Shown in pieces: positions 11,625 through 24,262 of a stretch of 64,000 nucleotides of DNA (positions within the stretch are counted from its first letter, which is position 1; each line of letters opens with the position of its first letter). A program made the position numbers and the translations under genes. This stretch comes from Macrostomum hystrix (Eukaryota > Animalia > Platyhelminthes). A model generated the notes under the pieces. It did not search any database. It worked only from the letters and a program-made list of their open reading frames with translations, and was not told the DNA's origin. The DNA lies in NCBI GenBank assembly GCA_950097015.1, contig CATNEN010000001.1:18104001-18168000 (forward strand). The letters run 5' to 3'.

Positions 11625-12865
11625 CCTAATAAACTATTAATCTACAGCACTTTTAACTTATTGGGCTATTTTTATAACCAACTTAATCCTTTTACTATGT
11701 CTCTCTTTCGCTATTATTTTATCGTTAGACAGCCCTCTATCATGAGTGGCTAATCGCCTAGGAGGGCGGGTTCTGGTGATGCCGAGCTGAAGGCTGCGGC
11801 AGGAAGACAACTGTAAGAGCGCATAAGAGTAATAAGGAGCTAGGGATTCGCGAGCAAAATGCGGAGTGTAAGCATGTGCATCTCTTTCCTGAGGGTTGGG
11901 GGAATTCTTAGCCGGTTTTCCTTTTTCCTCTTGGGAGGGTTCAACGGTGTACGTGTCGAACTCCCTTGTCAATGAAGTTTTCTCCTATCCCCCTCTCGCG
12001 ACTGCGGCTACGGGGGCGAGAGTGATGACCTAAGAATCTTTCGCTTGCGTAATCACTCAGCCAGTGTTCTGCTTAATCTCTCCAGCCTCTGCTTTCCAAA
12101 TTTCACACAGATTCGGATTTGTTAGTTACTTAATGTGTAGGCTGCAGTCTAATGTAAAGAATGTGCCTGATGTTTCATGAGTAGGATTCCGGCTATGGAT
12201 TCTCATTCGAGTTCCAAGTACCACCTCTCTAGACCCCTGTAGCGCGAATTCAGGAATCCCCTTTTGAGGCGTGTCTCGATCCATTCTGGGGCTCTCGCCC
12301 CAGTCTAAAACGGAAGTTGCAGAATGCCCTATTTTTCGGCTTGTCTAGATCTGCGTGATAAACTAGGAGCTGTGTACTCCGGGGACCCAAGTTCCCGAAT
12401 GTCTGCGGTGGCAACGTAGGCGCATTGGGTGGTGGCGCTACCTGAGATCATTTTCCGCTTTGCCAATAGCCTTTCCGCATTTCTGTGACAAGAGCCTGGG
12501 CCGTTTCGACCACCGCTACCAAGGTTAGGAGTCAGTTACTTACACGCTACTGACGGCAGTAGACTAGTTAGCCCTGCCCTGTCCGATTCCGGGCAGTCCG
12601 ACCCTCTTCTTAGACTTTTAGCCGGTTTCGAGCTCTGCTTGGGGTAGGCACGGCAGTCATGCCTGTGGCCTATGGGACGAGTGGGACTGGCCAGCCTGAG
12701 GCCGATAGGACCACTCCCTGCATCCGCTGAACCTCCCTTCATCTCATCTCTCTTTCCGCGAAATCTCGCGTGTAGCTAAGCGGTCATTAAGTCGACTCTG
12801 TCGCCCGCCCTGAATCTAATTTCGTGAGTGCAGGTCAGCGCTTGCAAACACCCACCCACTTCACT
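11625..12865 (+). repeat. Non-coding LTR-like segment, copy 1
   Basis: Collinear with the reverse complement of 28301-29563, with long near-identical blocks at about 12170-12725. Confidence 0.85.
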
Positions 12866-13004
12866 ACACGCATTGCCCTGCTTATTCTCCCTTGAGATGA
12901 TTTGATTATTTGAAATGCGAAAATAACAAAATAGACTTACAAGCAGTTCTTCCTTTCCAAATACGAACTCGTGTCAGATATCACAAGATCAGACGCTCTT
13001 GAAA

Positions 13005-15089
13005 GTGCCTTTCTTAGAGACACAAATTTCTAATTATTTCTTAGAGAAACAATGTCAGGAATCGAACAATCAACCTTAAAGATGCGAGTCCGATGCTTTA
13101 ACTGCTGGGCTACAACCCAGCTGTAAAATGGGTACCAATATTAACTAGGAGAACTGAAGGTGAGTCTGGCATCCCTCAGTCCATGGACTGAACAGCCATG
13201 TGCAGCCTTTAGATACGAGCGTATGCTGCACAATAGCTATGGCTGTGCTGTTGACCATACTGCACAATTGGCCGGATAGGTATAATAAATTATATTAATT
13301 ACTTAGCCTATATATAATATGTGCTATGTCATTTCTTTTTTAGCTCTGTTTAATACATCTAAAACCAACAAGCTAACCAACAACCATCTTAACCACCTTA
13401 TCTTTTCAAACAGGTTAAGGAATGGCAAGATTCTCGATCTGCATGCACGAGAGCTTACTGGAACTTCTACTGTATCCGGTGCTTGGCCAACAAGAGCTAG
13501 CCTGAATGCTGCTGCCATCCAAGATTATGAAAGGCATGATTGACTAGCTCACTGTTAACTGACAGATCTTTGTTGTTCTTAATGCCTAAGCATGACCAAA
13601 ACTGCATGCCACATACCTGGCTAAACCAGCTAATAAGTAATAATACATTTTTCATGACAATTAGTTCTCATATCATAGCTATATAGCAGTTTCTTTCTTT
13701 CACTGATTCAATAAAATAGCTACTTGTGAAAGCCCCAGAATAAACAGAAGTTAGACTTAAAGTATCTAGAGCAAAAAATAGGAATTGTAACCTAGCTATA
13801 TAGTATATAGTCATTTAAGCCTCACATATTACAATTCATTGTAATATGAATAAAATATGAAATATGAATATAACATAATTCAATGTTGCAAAAATATGTA
13901 TTTTTTGCTAAATAAAAATAAATATACATTATAAATATTAAATATATATATAATAAATATAAATATATGCGTTTTAAAATAACACTCTTTTTTGTAAAAA
14001 TATTCCTGTAGCTTCATAATATATCTTAACTAAGGTACACTGACATTGCTGATCAAATAGATTTTCACTTAATATTATATGAAGTAGTTAACTTATATAG
14101 ATAAACCACAAAGTGATGGCGAGTTTCATATCAGTGTTTATGTTCACTTTGTCTTGTCTAATGAATTTCAGTGTTTTACTGTGAATAGTTTTTGAGAATT
14201 CGTTGATCGAATCGAGAATTCTTACGTACATTACTAAGAATTCTTAGTAATTGATTGAGGGTCCCGTCAAAGTGAAAGTTTGCAGTGCATGCGCTTTCAA
14301 AATCTTTGCTCAGGCCATTCTTACGTTTTTAAGCTGCAATTTGAAACTAAAAAATAGTTTCTGACTTTTTATTAAGTTTAGTGTAACTGGCTTCTTCTGA
14401 GACAAAACTTTTTATTGCCTGCGGTTAAAATACATGTGTTGTTAAATTTTACATTCACGTCGCCTTTTTACGGACTCAAATCGGACGGAAAACAGACCAT
14501 CACAATTATGCTATTTCAACCTATTCTATATACTCCTAAATACATAGCTATTCGAGATGTAATGCAATTAAAGCAGTTGCCGCGGTATCAATCCTTTTTT
14601 ACGGCTTTTAGATTTTCTGCAGACGGCCGGAATTTGGCCGACCAGAAGATCGAATTGTATACACGCTCAGAATATTTTGATAATTCCACTATGTACTCGT
14701 AAATTGTTTCACTGAATGTGCACACACATTTTATTTCCTAGCTCTCACTGATCAGTAAAACAGTAAGTATATGTATTGTAAATAAGTTATATCTCAAAAC
14801 TAAATATTCAATTATACATTTAACTTGCTTCACTGCTAACGTTTAAATACGAGTAGTATTTCAAGCATGTTAGGTTCTGTACAGTAGATCAAAAAGGACC
14901 TTTGCGGAATTGAATCGGATTGTTAAAATTACAATTTTTTTCATCTTTAAAATGCATAGGTAACTGAAAATAAGGCCTCTTAAGACGTTTTCAGCAGCTA
15001 AATCAAGTAATTTTTTAATGGAACATCGTCCTCCTTGTCGCCCTATTGAGGACTCAAAACGGACCGCGGACGATGTTTTTAACACCAGG
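13005..15089 (+). mobile_element. Right-end fragment of a second copy of the CACTA family
   Basis: Collinear with ~57300-59720 and ends in the TIR variant CGGACGATGTTTTTAACACCAGG at 15089. Lacks the SINE found at 57427-57838. Confidence 0.85.
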
Positions 15090-15216
15090 TAACGACGATT
15101 TAAAAAATAAGGCATGGAGAAATGCTAAACGGGCAAGAAGCGTTGAAACAACACAAGAAAACCGTAAATAGTGCATTTCAAGACAAAGTTTTTTCGTAGA
15201 CAAGACAAGACAAGAC

Positions 15217-15885
15217 TTGTGCGTTAGCAATAATTCACAATTCAGAATTTCATACTTAGCGCGCTCTTTAAATGCAGATAGAACGGATGGATTAGTTCGC
15301 CTATACGCGGGTGCATCATCATCTCGACTGTTGCCATGGGCTGAGAAGACTGCCAACGATGCATCACCTAGGTACTGCATATATTGCCAGGTGTATATAG
15401 CTAGCTTGAAGAGACTGAAAAATAATCTTCTGGAAACCAGGGTTCCGGTTTCTCTCCTGGTCAACAATAGACAGACAAAAGACTTGTATTTGGCCTGGTC
15501 CTTTGGACTTCTTCTAGGCAGGAAATAAGTGTCGTCGTATATCCAACGGTAGCCATCATTGCGCCAGTCTAGTAAACATTTTAGTAGGCGAAATGAATTA
15601 ATCGTGCCTAAGTTTTCCCTTTTGTTATTAGTTTTCTGTATAAAAAGTTTGAATGTGTTGCTGCACCACAAATCAACAATACAGCATTTTTAAGTTATAC
15701 CTAACAGTTTTGGGCTGTTGGTTTGAAGTCACTCACCATTATTGCCTTTCGCTTGAATGAGCACAAACACTGTGCCACCAAGTGGTTTCTGTGGTGTGAG
15801 ATTGCAAACCTTGGGAATTGTCAACTGAAGCAATAATACTCTTACTCGTTACAAACTAATCTTCTATTTGTTTCTGAAAAGTACT
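15217..15885 (-). pseudogene. 5' exons of the MULE-type transposase gene, copy 1 (truncated, frameshifted)
   Basis: Homologous to 34950-35590. Motifs PQKPLGGTVF, DWRNDGYRW, QYLGD...HGNSR...YRRTNPS. Confidence 0.8.
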
Positions 15886-18607
15886 GAAAATTAAACATTC
15901 CTTTTTATCTTTGTTCCACAAGACCTTTTTACTTTTAAGTGAACCCCTTTTAAACATCAATTTGTCCCCACAAATGTCTCGCAATTTCTCGTAAAGCATT
16001 TACCAGTAAAATGATTTCAAAAATGCACAAATTCTTCTTGATAACATTTTTACCGATTACTTTTGCTTTTTAAGCTAGAAGCAAGGCCTATGCTTTGACA
16101 TAAAATCTCTGTTTTTTTCAATTGGTAATTTTGTTACGAGTGTTGCAAGTTTGTGACGTGAAAATTGCTTGAAATTGTGGGACGCTTTTTCCGCATTTTA
16201 AAAGTGACCCGTGGATTTCCTTTTCCGTTGCTGCCACTAGGGCCCGACGGAACAAAACTGCTGTTCTAGATGTGCGACGACAAAACGATGGGACAGGATT
16301 CTGGATGTGGTGACAATTGGACACGAGCATCCACCACACACCTGCCCTCTACACTCAGCAGAGTGGATAGGCCACGATCAGTGGATGGTCGTTTTCCCAC
16401 GGCTTAATGCTTCCTGTTGTTCCATCGTTGGGTCTGACTGGAGTTTCTCCTAGTCTTTCCTAGGCGGCCGACGCAAACGAGGATTTTTGTCGCCGCGTGT
16501 GCGGCGCAGCTGCTAGAGCGCAGCTCAATTTTAGATGCCGCAGCTTAAAATAAAAATAGGATAATACGAACTAAAGTGTAGAAATAATTATTCTACAAGG
16601 CGAAATTAAAATGTTTAAAATTTGATTTTTCGTGTTGTTGCTCAATACGAATGTATAAATGTGTAAGACCGTGGGTTAAGTGTCAGTGAATAGCAAACGA
16701 GAGGAGACCTCACTGGCTCACGCCAATATATTCATTGCCAAAGTTGAGGTGGGTGTAACCTGCACCCTAAGCACGCACACGCTGCAGCGCAAACTCCCCA
16801 CCCCAAGCAAGCCGCACATCTAATTGCATGCGCACCAACAAGTCAGACTACAATTTTTTATTCTACGGGTATGTTTGACTTTAAAAAAGTAAAATTTAGT
16901 CAAAGGAAATCAAGGAATTGTTTAAGACGATTGGTTCTCTCTTCTGGAATAAGCCGATCTTCATCTTCATCCTCTTCAGCTTTAAACTCGAACTCAATTT
17001 GAGATATGAACTCTGCTAGAGCATCGCTCAGCACACGATGATGTTGACGAGTTCGAAACGCCTTAATTTCTCGATTTAGTCGCTTCTGACTTTCCGGCCG
17101 CGGCTAGACTGAATTTGCAAGACAATTTAGGTTAGGTAACAGGCCTTCATGTACGTTGTGTCCACGTGCAACTCCATATCAAATTTTAGCAGCACAAAGC
17201 GTCTGCACTTGCTAATCAAATAAAACGATCGCAGAATTACTGCCTACATGGCATACTCGAGATCTAATGAAACGTGCAGACGGTTTTAACTGACGGAAAT
17301 CCTGGTGCAGCTTTGTAATATGTAACATGTTGGATATATATGTAGTTGAAAGAAAAAATGCTATCCCATAATGCCAATGCTCATGTAAGATTTTGCTTTA
17401 TGCTTAAAGGACTAAAATATAGACTAAACTATAGCTGGTGCATGTATTCTCTAATTCAGAGAATAGGCAATAGCAAGTAATTTTCAATTTCATTGCGCTC
17501 TTTAAACACAACTTGAAGGTAACGTTTTTCCCGAAAACTGGGTAACTTTTTCATTTAACCGTTTTGTAAACTTCTGTGCCCCTCGATCTGAAGGTTTGAA
17601 AATAAAGAACGAAGCACGGTCGTTTACCCAGCAATGTTTACCCAAAGAGGTCCGCGAAGAGCAGGGATGATTTATTAATTTGTTAACTAGTTTTGAATAA
17701 AGATATTTTTGAGAATAAACTAAGTAAAAACCAATTGGCTGTAAAAATAAAGTCTAAAATATGAGAGTTTTAAGGCAATACAATTAAATATTTGGAAGAA
17801 AATATAGCTAAAATGGCACGAATTATAAATATGAAACCTTAAACATTAAAGTTTCTTAGAAGTAATTCCGACTTACCCTAATGTAATAAAATTATTGGTG
17901 GGTGGTCGTCATTTGAAATAAAAGAGTAAGTCGTCTTGAAGGCTGCAGCTTAATATACAGCTATATTTTGTAATATAATTAGTAATATTTTTTGTGATAC
18001 TTCTTTGTTTACGCTAATTAGAAAGGCCGCTTTGCTGACGCACGCGCTGGTTCCCACAGTTCATTAAATAAGACTAGGCCTAATTCCAATTCAATCTAGA
18101 GCAAAATAGTCAAAGTAGCTATATAAATTCCAATCTAACGTTCCAATATAAACTTAGTGACTAGAATCCCGATGCCGCGCGCGTGTCAGAAAACCGGTTG
18201 CAACTAGTGTTATGTTATATTTAACGAGTCAAGAGTAGTTTAAACAAATAATAAATACATAATTAATACAGAACATCCATACGAAAATACTGGTTATATG
18301 GGACGATTTAGAATAATTTAGTTAAAATGACAGTACAAAAAAAAAATTTAGACTCTAATAACAATTTCAAACAGATTAATTATTTACGTATTACTTTCCC
18401 GATTGAAATTTACATTCACATTCACATTCAAACAAGAGTATTGTAACTTGAAAAATAAACAATCATTTATAGCGAAACTTAACAGATCTTCTGATGCAAC
18501 TAAGATAACGTTCCAAAAATACAATCTATTTTTGTCAATGCATAAGTGAATTACACAGTTTTGAAGTTTGCTCCTATCTCCGCAGTGTATTTTCTTGTAG
18601 TTTCACA

Positions 18608-20325
18608 AATAGGGGTCAGCCGTCCAGACCCTACCTTCGGCCCTGAGCCCAGGCCCAGAGTCGCCCTCAGCCGGTGCCGACACCGCTCCCTGGGCCGTGG
18701 GAGGGGCGCTCGAAGGGCCCTACTCGATAGAGCAGGGCAACTCCGAGGCCTCCCCGGTAGCCCTTGGTTGCGGCGCCCGCTCCGGTGGGCCAATGCGCAT
18801 CTCAGTGCGCTGCTGGGCCACCTTGGCAGTTCGCACCGCCTCGGAGGCCCGCTGGAGAAGGCCCCGGCGCTTGGTGACGCGGGCGGGGCGACGCTCAGAG
18901 CTGCCAGCGATCGCGCGCTCGGGCCTCTTTTGGCGAGACGACTGGGCCCAGCCCCAGTCCCAGCCTCGGGGTCCGAGGACCCTTCAGTGGCCGGTACGGT
19001 GGTGGGCCCGGTCTGACCTCGAGTTTTGTCAGCCTCGAAGGCGAAGATTTTGGTCTTCCACAGACCAATACAGATGTTAGCGCCATCCGGGTAACGACGT
19101 GTCCACTTCTCGTACAGGCCCAGAATGGCGGTGAAACCAGTGCCGTCGGGGCGCAAGATCGTGCGGTGCACGATTAGGCCCGCTGACGGCAGCTCCCGGT
19201 TCATCGCGATGAGGCCCATGCGGAGGTCCTCAGCGCTGGTGACGACACTTTTCGCCGGGACGAAAATACGGTGTCGTTTAGTCTTTGGCGGCTCGTTTTC
19301 TCGAAGGAAATCGAGGCCAGCCGCCCAGCTCTGCGTGGGCAGCAGCTCCAGGAGCCGCCGCCATGACTCTGCATCGCCGGGCCAGACGACGAAGCACGAT
19401 TCCCTGGTAGCGCTTGCGCCGACCGCCAGGGGCTCGCCCTTCAATTGGAGTTGCCACAGCATAGCGTCTATGTTGTGGCAGATGTCGGTGAGCTGTTCGC
19501 CGCTCAGCCGTTTTCCGTCTCTGCCGGTGATGACAACGGCAGGTTGCCTACGCGCGATGGCGGCGTTGGTGGCACGCGGTCCCGGGCCCTGTCCGGTGGC
19601 GTCCCCACCCTCAGGATCTGCGTCGGCGGTCGGCACGGGGCCCTCCGCCTCCACTTCTCCTTCGGGCCGAGCCGCCGGCCGGATGGGCACCGGGACCTCC
19701 TTGGCCCGCGACCCTGGCCTCGGGGCGTCGTGGGCTCCACCCTGTGCAGGAGCCTGGGCAGGAGGCGCAAGGCTCCCCGCCCTAGCCCCCGCCCTAGGCA
19801 GAGCCCCTTCGGCCCCCCCGGCCTTGGCCCGGTCCTCGGTCAATGGAGCCGACTTGCCGTGGGCCTTCAGGCGCCTACGCCTCTTCGCCGCTCCAGAGGT
19901 TGTGGAGCGCTTAGCGCCCCGATCATCGCGCGAGATGGGCAGCGCGGCATTGGTGGCAGTCGCAGGGCCAGGCCCGGGCGCCACAGCGTGTATGACCGCA
20001 GGCACAATGGTGTCCTCGGCCGGAGCAGAATTTGGGCTGGAAGCCATTTTAGCTGCAAAGAAAGAGGGGCTTCCTGTAGACACAGGCAGGAATAACCCAC
20101 TCAGCCGCGATCCCAAAGCTGAGCGGGGGCAGCCAAAAAAGACAAGTTACAACCCGGGGTGGGATGCCAGAGCCACCGGGAGGAACCGTAGGAGGCCAGA
20201 CTACTCCCTGGTCAAGCGTCCATCAGCACGGTCAACACTGGGACATTGGAGGGCGCTATTGAGCCAGCGCCGAGGCCTGCGGACTGGCCGTATACCCTGT
20301 TGAGGTCAAAGGGTGACACCCTGAA
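18608..20325 (-). mobile_element. Non-LTR retrotransposon 5' fragment (5' UTR + ORF1, DUF4780/Loa-like); ORF2 absent
   Basis: GC-rich island with ORF1 from ATG 20047 (MASSPNS). Motifs SGAAKRRRRL, LLELLPTQSW, IFVP, LIAMNRELP resemble DUF4780 gag-like proteins. Confidence 0.6.
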
Positions 20326-20328
20326 ACA

Positions 20329-21713
20329 TGATACATGAAAGCAACTGCGAGTTATTCAAGGTTTAAGTGTGTTTCGTATCTCCGTAGTGTATTTTGGGAG
20401 CCAGCTTGACATTCGCAGGCAGAAACTTCTACTACATCAATCGCAATGAAACTTTACAAAACCTCTGATGCAATCGAGTTGATTAGATGTGTAAAGTTTC
20501 AGACTGATACATGAAAGCGTCTGCGAGTTATTCAATGTTAAAGTGTGTTTCGTATCTCCGTAGTGTATTTTTGGGAGCCAGCTTGACATTCGCAGGCAAT
20601 ATAATTGATTAAAGCAGCAGCTAGTGCTTAAAAAATTCGAAATGAAACTAAGAAAATGAGAATATATATTCTATAGTATAACGGAGTATCGGCAGAGAAA
20701 AACGTATTTAACGAGATGTGAACAAAAACAATAATTGAAACAAAGCTCTGGATACAAGCGATCTATAGAGTTGAGATAAGTCGGTTAGTGAGCGATTCGT
20801 TTTTATTCAATAAACGTTTTTATTGAAAGCTGGATCGCAATAGAAACAGACAAGTCCCTACTGTGTCACGTAGTAATTTTGGATATCTTCCAGATGTACG
20901 CTCGCGCATTTCTCAGTAGTGACAAATCCGTCGGAAACAGGCTTTTGCCTAGCATAATGCTGCGCCCGTACAGACAGGTAAGTATGCCACAACTACTCGA
21001 GCCGCTTTGCTCAACCACGCCAGCGTAAAAAGTGGGGTGATCAAACTCGTGTAATCCCACTCCACATCGTACAGCGCCTTGTAGAGTATCGTATTGAAGA
21101 AGATGGCTGGAAAAGAAAACTGCGAAATCATAGCTCACAAATGTTTAGAAACATGCAGTGCCACGATTAAATCCTTAAATGTAGCATTTCTTCACGTACT
21201 TAAATTGTTGCAAAATACTTTGAAAGTCTTCTTCAATAGGTGAACTGAATATGGACAACGAATTCAACTTAAAAACTAAGCGAAGTGGGAGGCTGATGTG
21301 AAGCAGAAAGAAATGGCTTACCGTGTACATTGTAATCAGAGTATCTTGTATATTCTGATCTGATTCTGATATTGCCTGCGAATGTCAAGCTGGCTCCCAA
21401 AAATACACTACGGAGATACGAAACACACTTTAACATTGAATAACTCGCAGACGCTTTCATGTATCAGCCTGAAACTTTACACATCTAATCAACTCGATTG
21501 CATCAGAGGTTTTGTAAAGTTTCATTGCGATTGATGTAGTAGAAGTTTCTGCCTGCGAATGTCAAGCTGGTTCCCAAAAATACACTACGGAGATACGAAA
21601 CACAATTTAACCTTGAATAACTCGCAGTCGCTTTCATTTATCAGTCTGAAACTTTACACATCTAATAAACTCGATTGTATCAGAGGTTTTGTAAATTTTC
21701 ATTGCGATTGATG
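20329..21713. mobile_element. Foldback/MITE-like element with inverted arms built from 176-bp tandem units
   Basis: Left arm 20329-20602 is the reverse complement of the right arm 21369-21713. The unit restarts TGATACATGAAAG at 20329 and 20505. The left end is truncated. Confidence 0.85.
20866..21060 (-). pseudogene. Possible Ulp1/SENP (C48) protease C-terminal fragment
   Basis: EQSGSSSCGILTCLYGRSIMLG...LRNARAYI matches the Q-x5-CG-x3-C pattern around the C48 catalytic Cys. Confidence 0.4.
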
Positions 21714-21800
21714 TGCTCTAGGGCTCTCTCTTCAATATTCTCCACTGTAATGTTACACTCTCACTATTACCCTTTAGTTACCAAAAGTTACTATTTATTA

Positions 21801-23403
21801 CTATAGCTTTTGTTAGGCTATCTCAGCCTTTGGGCATTCAAACTCAGCCAGCCCATCTTGTCACTGCGGTTTTTTTACTGAAGCTGCTAATTTTTACCAT
21901 AGACATGCATTTTAAGACCATGCTTTCTCAGCTTGGGACGAGCAATCTCAGCCAAAATATAAGTTATATGTTATTCTGTCTATAGTTTTGCTAACATTTT
22001 TAAACAGTCTATTTACAATAGAAAAACTGGGTAACAGAAAACAGAGTATGGGATGGGATATATAGAGCAACTTTGAAAATGGCTACCAGAGACGATCAGT
22101 TAACAGGCTATTTCAGTTTAGTTGAAAGGTACCTCCTGGATGCATTGTGGGAAGCTCAGGTTGCAGTGAATTTCCCACCTGGCTACCTTCATTGACGTCA
22201 CAACTTGCAAAGAGTCTCGGCCCACTCGCTACAGCAGAAAAATGCGCCATTCCACGCAGGTGACTCCATCAGGTCGGCCACCAGCTTCTTCCTCCACCAG
22301 TGCGGGGTCAGCGAGCTGCAGCTTGATCAAAGCCTTCACTGCACTATGAGTCATCTCACACGGGTTGAGAAACGGCGAGTAAGCGGGCAGCAGCTGAATT
22401 TCAAACTGATGGCGGTGCTGCTCCGGCACTGTCACACCGCGATGAAAGCTTGGACCATCGCAGACTATGACGACTCTGGCGTTGCTGATTTCCGCGATGA
22501 CTTGCTCCACGAGGTCATTGATGAATTGTTGAAACCTCTCCTTTGTCTGGCCTCCTCTAAAAAACTCACTCTTCACCAACCCAAGAGCAGATGACACGGC
22601 CAGACAGATGGAAAGATTTGGACCCCTCTGTGTTGGGCAACGCCGTCTCACTGGCTGACCCCGTCGCGACCTTCCCTGTGATCTGCGCGTCCAGAGGTTG
22701 TACCCCGTCTCGTCTATATAGATTACCACCGTATCCAGTTGCAGTCCCGCCATGAATAGCGCATACTCGCGTCGCTTCTCTATCACCGCGGGAGAGTTCG
22801 CGCTCAATCGAATGTCGCAGTTCTTAGTGGCAATCTTAAATGTATACAGGGCTCCATCCAGAGCTCTGGCTGTTGTCTTAATGGAGACCGGTGGCTTGTC
22901 TGGAAGCTGAGCAGCGAGATTAGTCTGCAATGCTTTCAGTGTCGCCATCGGATTTTCATTCAAGAGGCCGATGAGCACTTGGCGCATCTCCTCGTCCAGC
23001 TTGCAAGAGCCAATCTTCCGGCCTCCGCGCTGAAGAGCATCAATCCGACCTGTAGCTTCAAAAGTGGCAATGATGTGGCGAGCGGTTTTCAATTTGATGC
23101 CAAGAATTGTAGCGGCTAGCAAATATCCTGTCCTTCCGTCCACGCGGAGATCAAGCGTCTTCTATCAACGTTGCTGGTTGCCCTCATTTTGGCGGAACAG
23201 CTTCAAATGTTAACAAAACTATAGACAGAATAACATAGAACTTATATGTTGGCTGAGATTGCTCGTCCCAAGCTGAGATAGCATGGTCTTAAAATGCATG
23301 TCTATGGAAAAAATTAGCAGCTTCAGTAAAAAAACCGCAGTGACAAGATGGGCTGGCTGAGTTTGAATGCCCATAGGCTGAGATAGCCTGACAAAAGCTA
23401 TAG
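21801..23403 (-). mobile_element. Tc1/IS630-family DNA transposon, full length
   Basis: About 200-bp TIRs beginning CTATAGCTTTTGT, with TA duplications at 21799-21800 and 23404-23405. Confidence 0.95.
22118..23187 (-). pseudogene. DDE transposase (IS630/Tc1-like) with a frameshift near 23125 and a premature TAG at 22229
   Basis: Motifs YIDETG, VCDGPSFH and LPAYSPFLNPCE. ATG at 23187; the frame continues past the TAG to TAA at 22118. Confidence 0.9.
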
Positions 23404-24109
23404 TAGTGCTGCCACCAAGCAGAAGGAACTGCTATCTAAGGAATGTTCCGAAGATATTCCTTATTTACACATTTTTCCTTTAGGGTAGCGTTTCTATCTC
23501 TCTCTCTTATACGTGTAAACGTGGCCTGAGAGGTCTTTTAGCACCGGTTATGCACTTAATCCGTCAGGCGTACCTGTGGATTAGAGGGTCACAGCAATAG
23601 GCCTTTGAAACACCTATGGATAAACTCCGAAATTCGGGTATTACTTTCCGAACGTACTTCTTCGGGAATTACTCGACTGGTTATCCACTGAATATCCTAT
23701 TCAGGTCAGCTGTTATATATCCTCTGAGCTCTCTTGTTCAGTTAAATCTATCTCCTTCTCTGAACACTCTGTTCAGGTATAGATCCTAATAAAAACTAAC
23801 TCTTAAACATTTGCTATATTCGTTCACTTGTTTGTAATGAAGGTTGTCCCGAAGGCATACGAGGGTTAATTTTCTCTCTAAAAACCCTCCCCTTATATAG
23901 CATTTTATTTGCGGTTATAAACAAAATTTTTATTACAAGAATATATTTTGGATTTATTCAAATCCAAACATTTAAACAAATTTTATTGAGAACATATTTT
24001 TACAATTTTAACCAATTTATTCGGAAAATATTCTTTGGATTATAACAAATTGTCATTTGCGTAAATTTAACTTACGAAGAATTAATATTTTTAGAGGCCT
24101 ATTACGGAA

Positions 24110-24262
24110 TGGCATCGATTTAATCGGGAGAAAAGGTAGCACTTTCTTACGATTAGATCGGTCAGATGGCATGCCAAATGCCACGATGGCAGGTCATTCT
24201 TCCGATTAAAAGCGAACTCTATTGAAAACCATTGGGCAGGAATTGGCGCGCGATTTAAAACC
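24110..24262 (+). promoter_or_regulatory. Conserved non-coding block between the MULE and KDZ genes, copy 1
   Basis: Aligns with 36660-36806 (TTTTAATCG..AAAAGGTA..CGATTAGATCGG..TGGCATG..GATTAAAAG..TTGGCGCG). Confidence 0.55.

Larger units (their letters stand above)
4611..12870 (+). mobile_element. Ty3/gypsy-related gag-protease retroelement lacking RT, RNase H and integrase; right boundary uncertain
   Basis: Starts TGCTAGA at the point where Helitron homology breaks. Contains gag, a -1 frameshift and an aspartic protease. The 3' region (11625-12865) is homologous to an LTR-end-like segment at 28301-29563 that terminates in TCTAGCA. Confidence 0.6.

Noticed and set aside
16900-17215. Degenerate minus-strand coding remnant (…YGVARGHNVHE…EEDEDEDRL…)
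   Set aside because: Contains stops and no family I can assign with confidence.
19125-20303. 392-aa plus-strand ORF and similar shadow ORFs (7404-7979, 6093-6650)
   Set aside because: Antisense shadows of GC-rich genuine ORFs, with no motifs.
20140-20325. HDV-like ribozyme in the LINE 5' UTR
   Set aside because: A TTCCTCCCG loop-like word is present, but I could not build P1/P2 pairings and the catalytic C position is not matched.
18608-20325. hAT-like TIRs (TAGGGGTCA / CAGGGTGTCA) around the LINE ORF1 fragment
   Set aside because: Short imperfect match and no 8-bp target duplication.
24090-24112. AGGCCTATTACGGAATGGC as the left TIR of the KDZ element
   Set aside because: No inverted partner found in the window, and it is not shared by the second unit.
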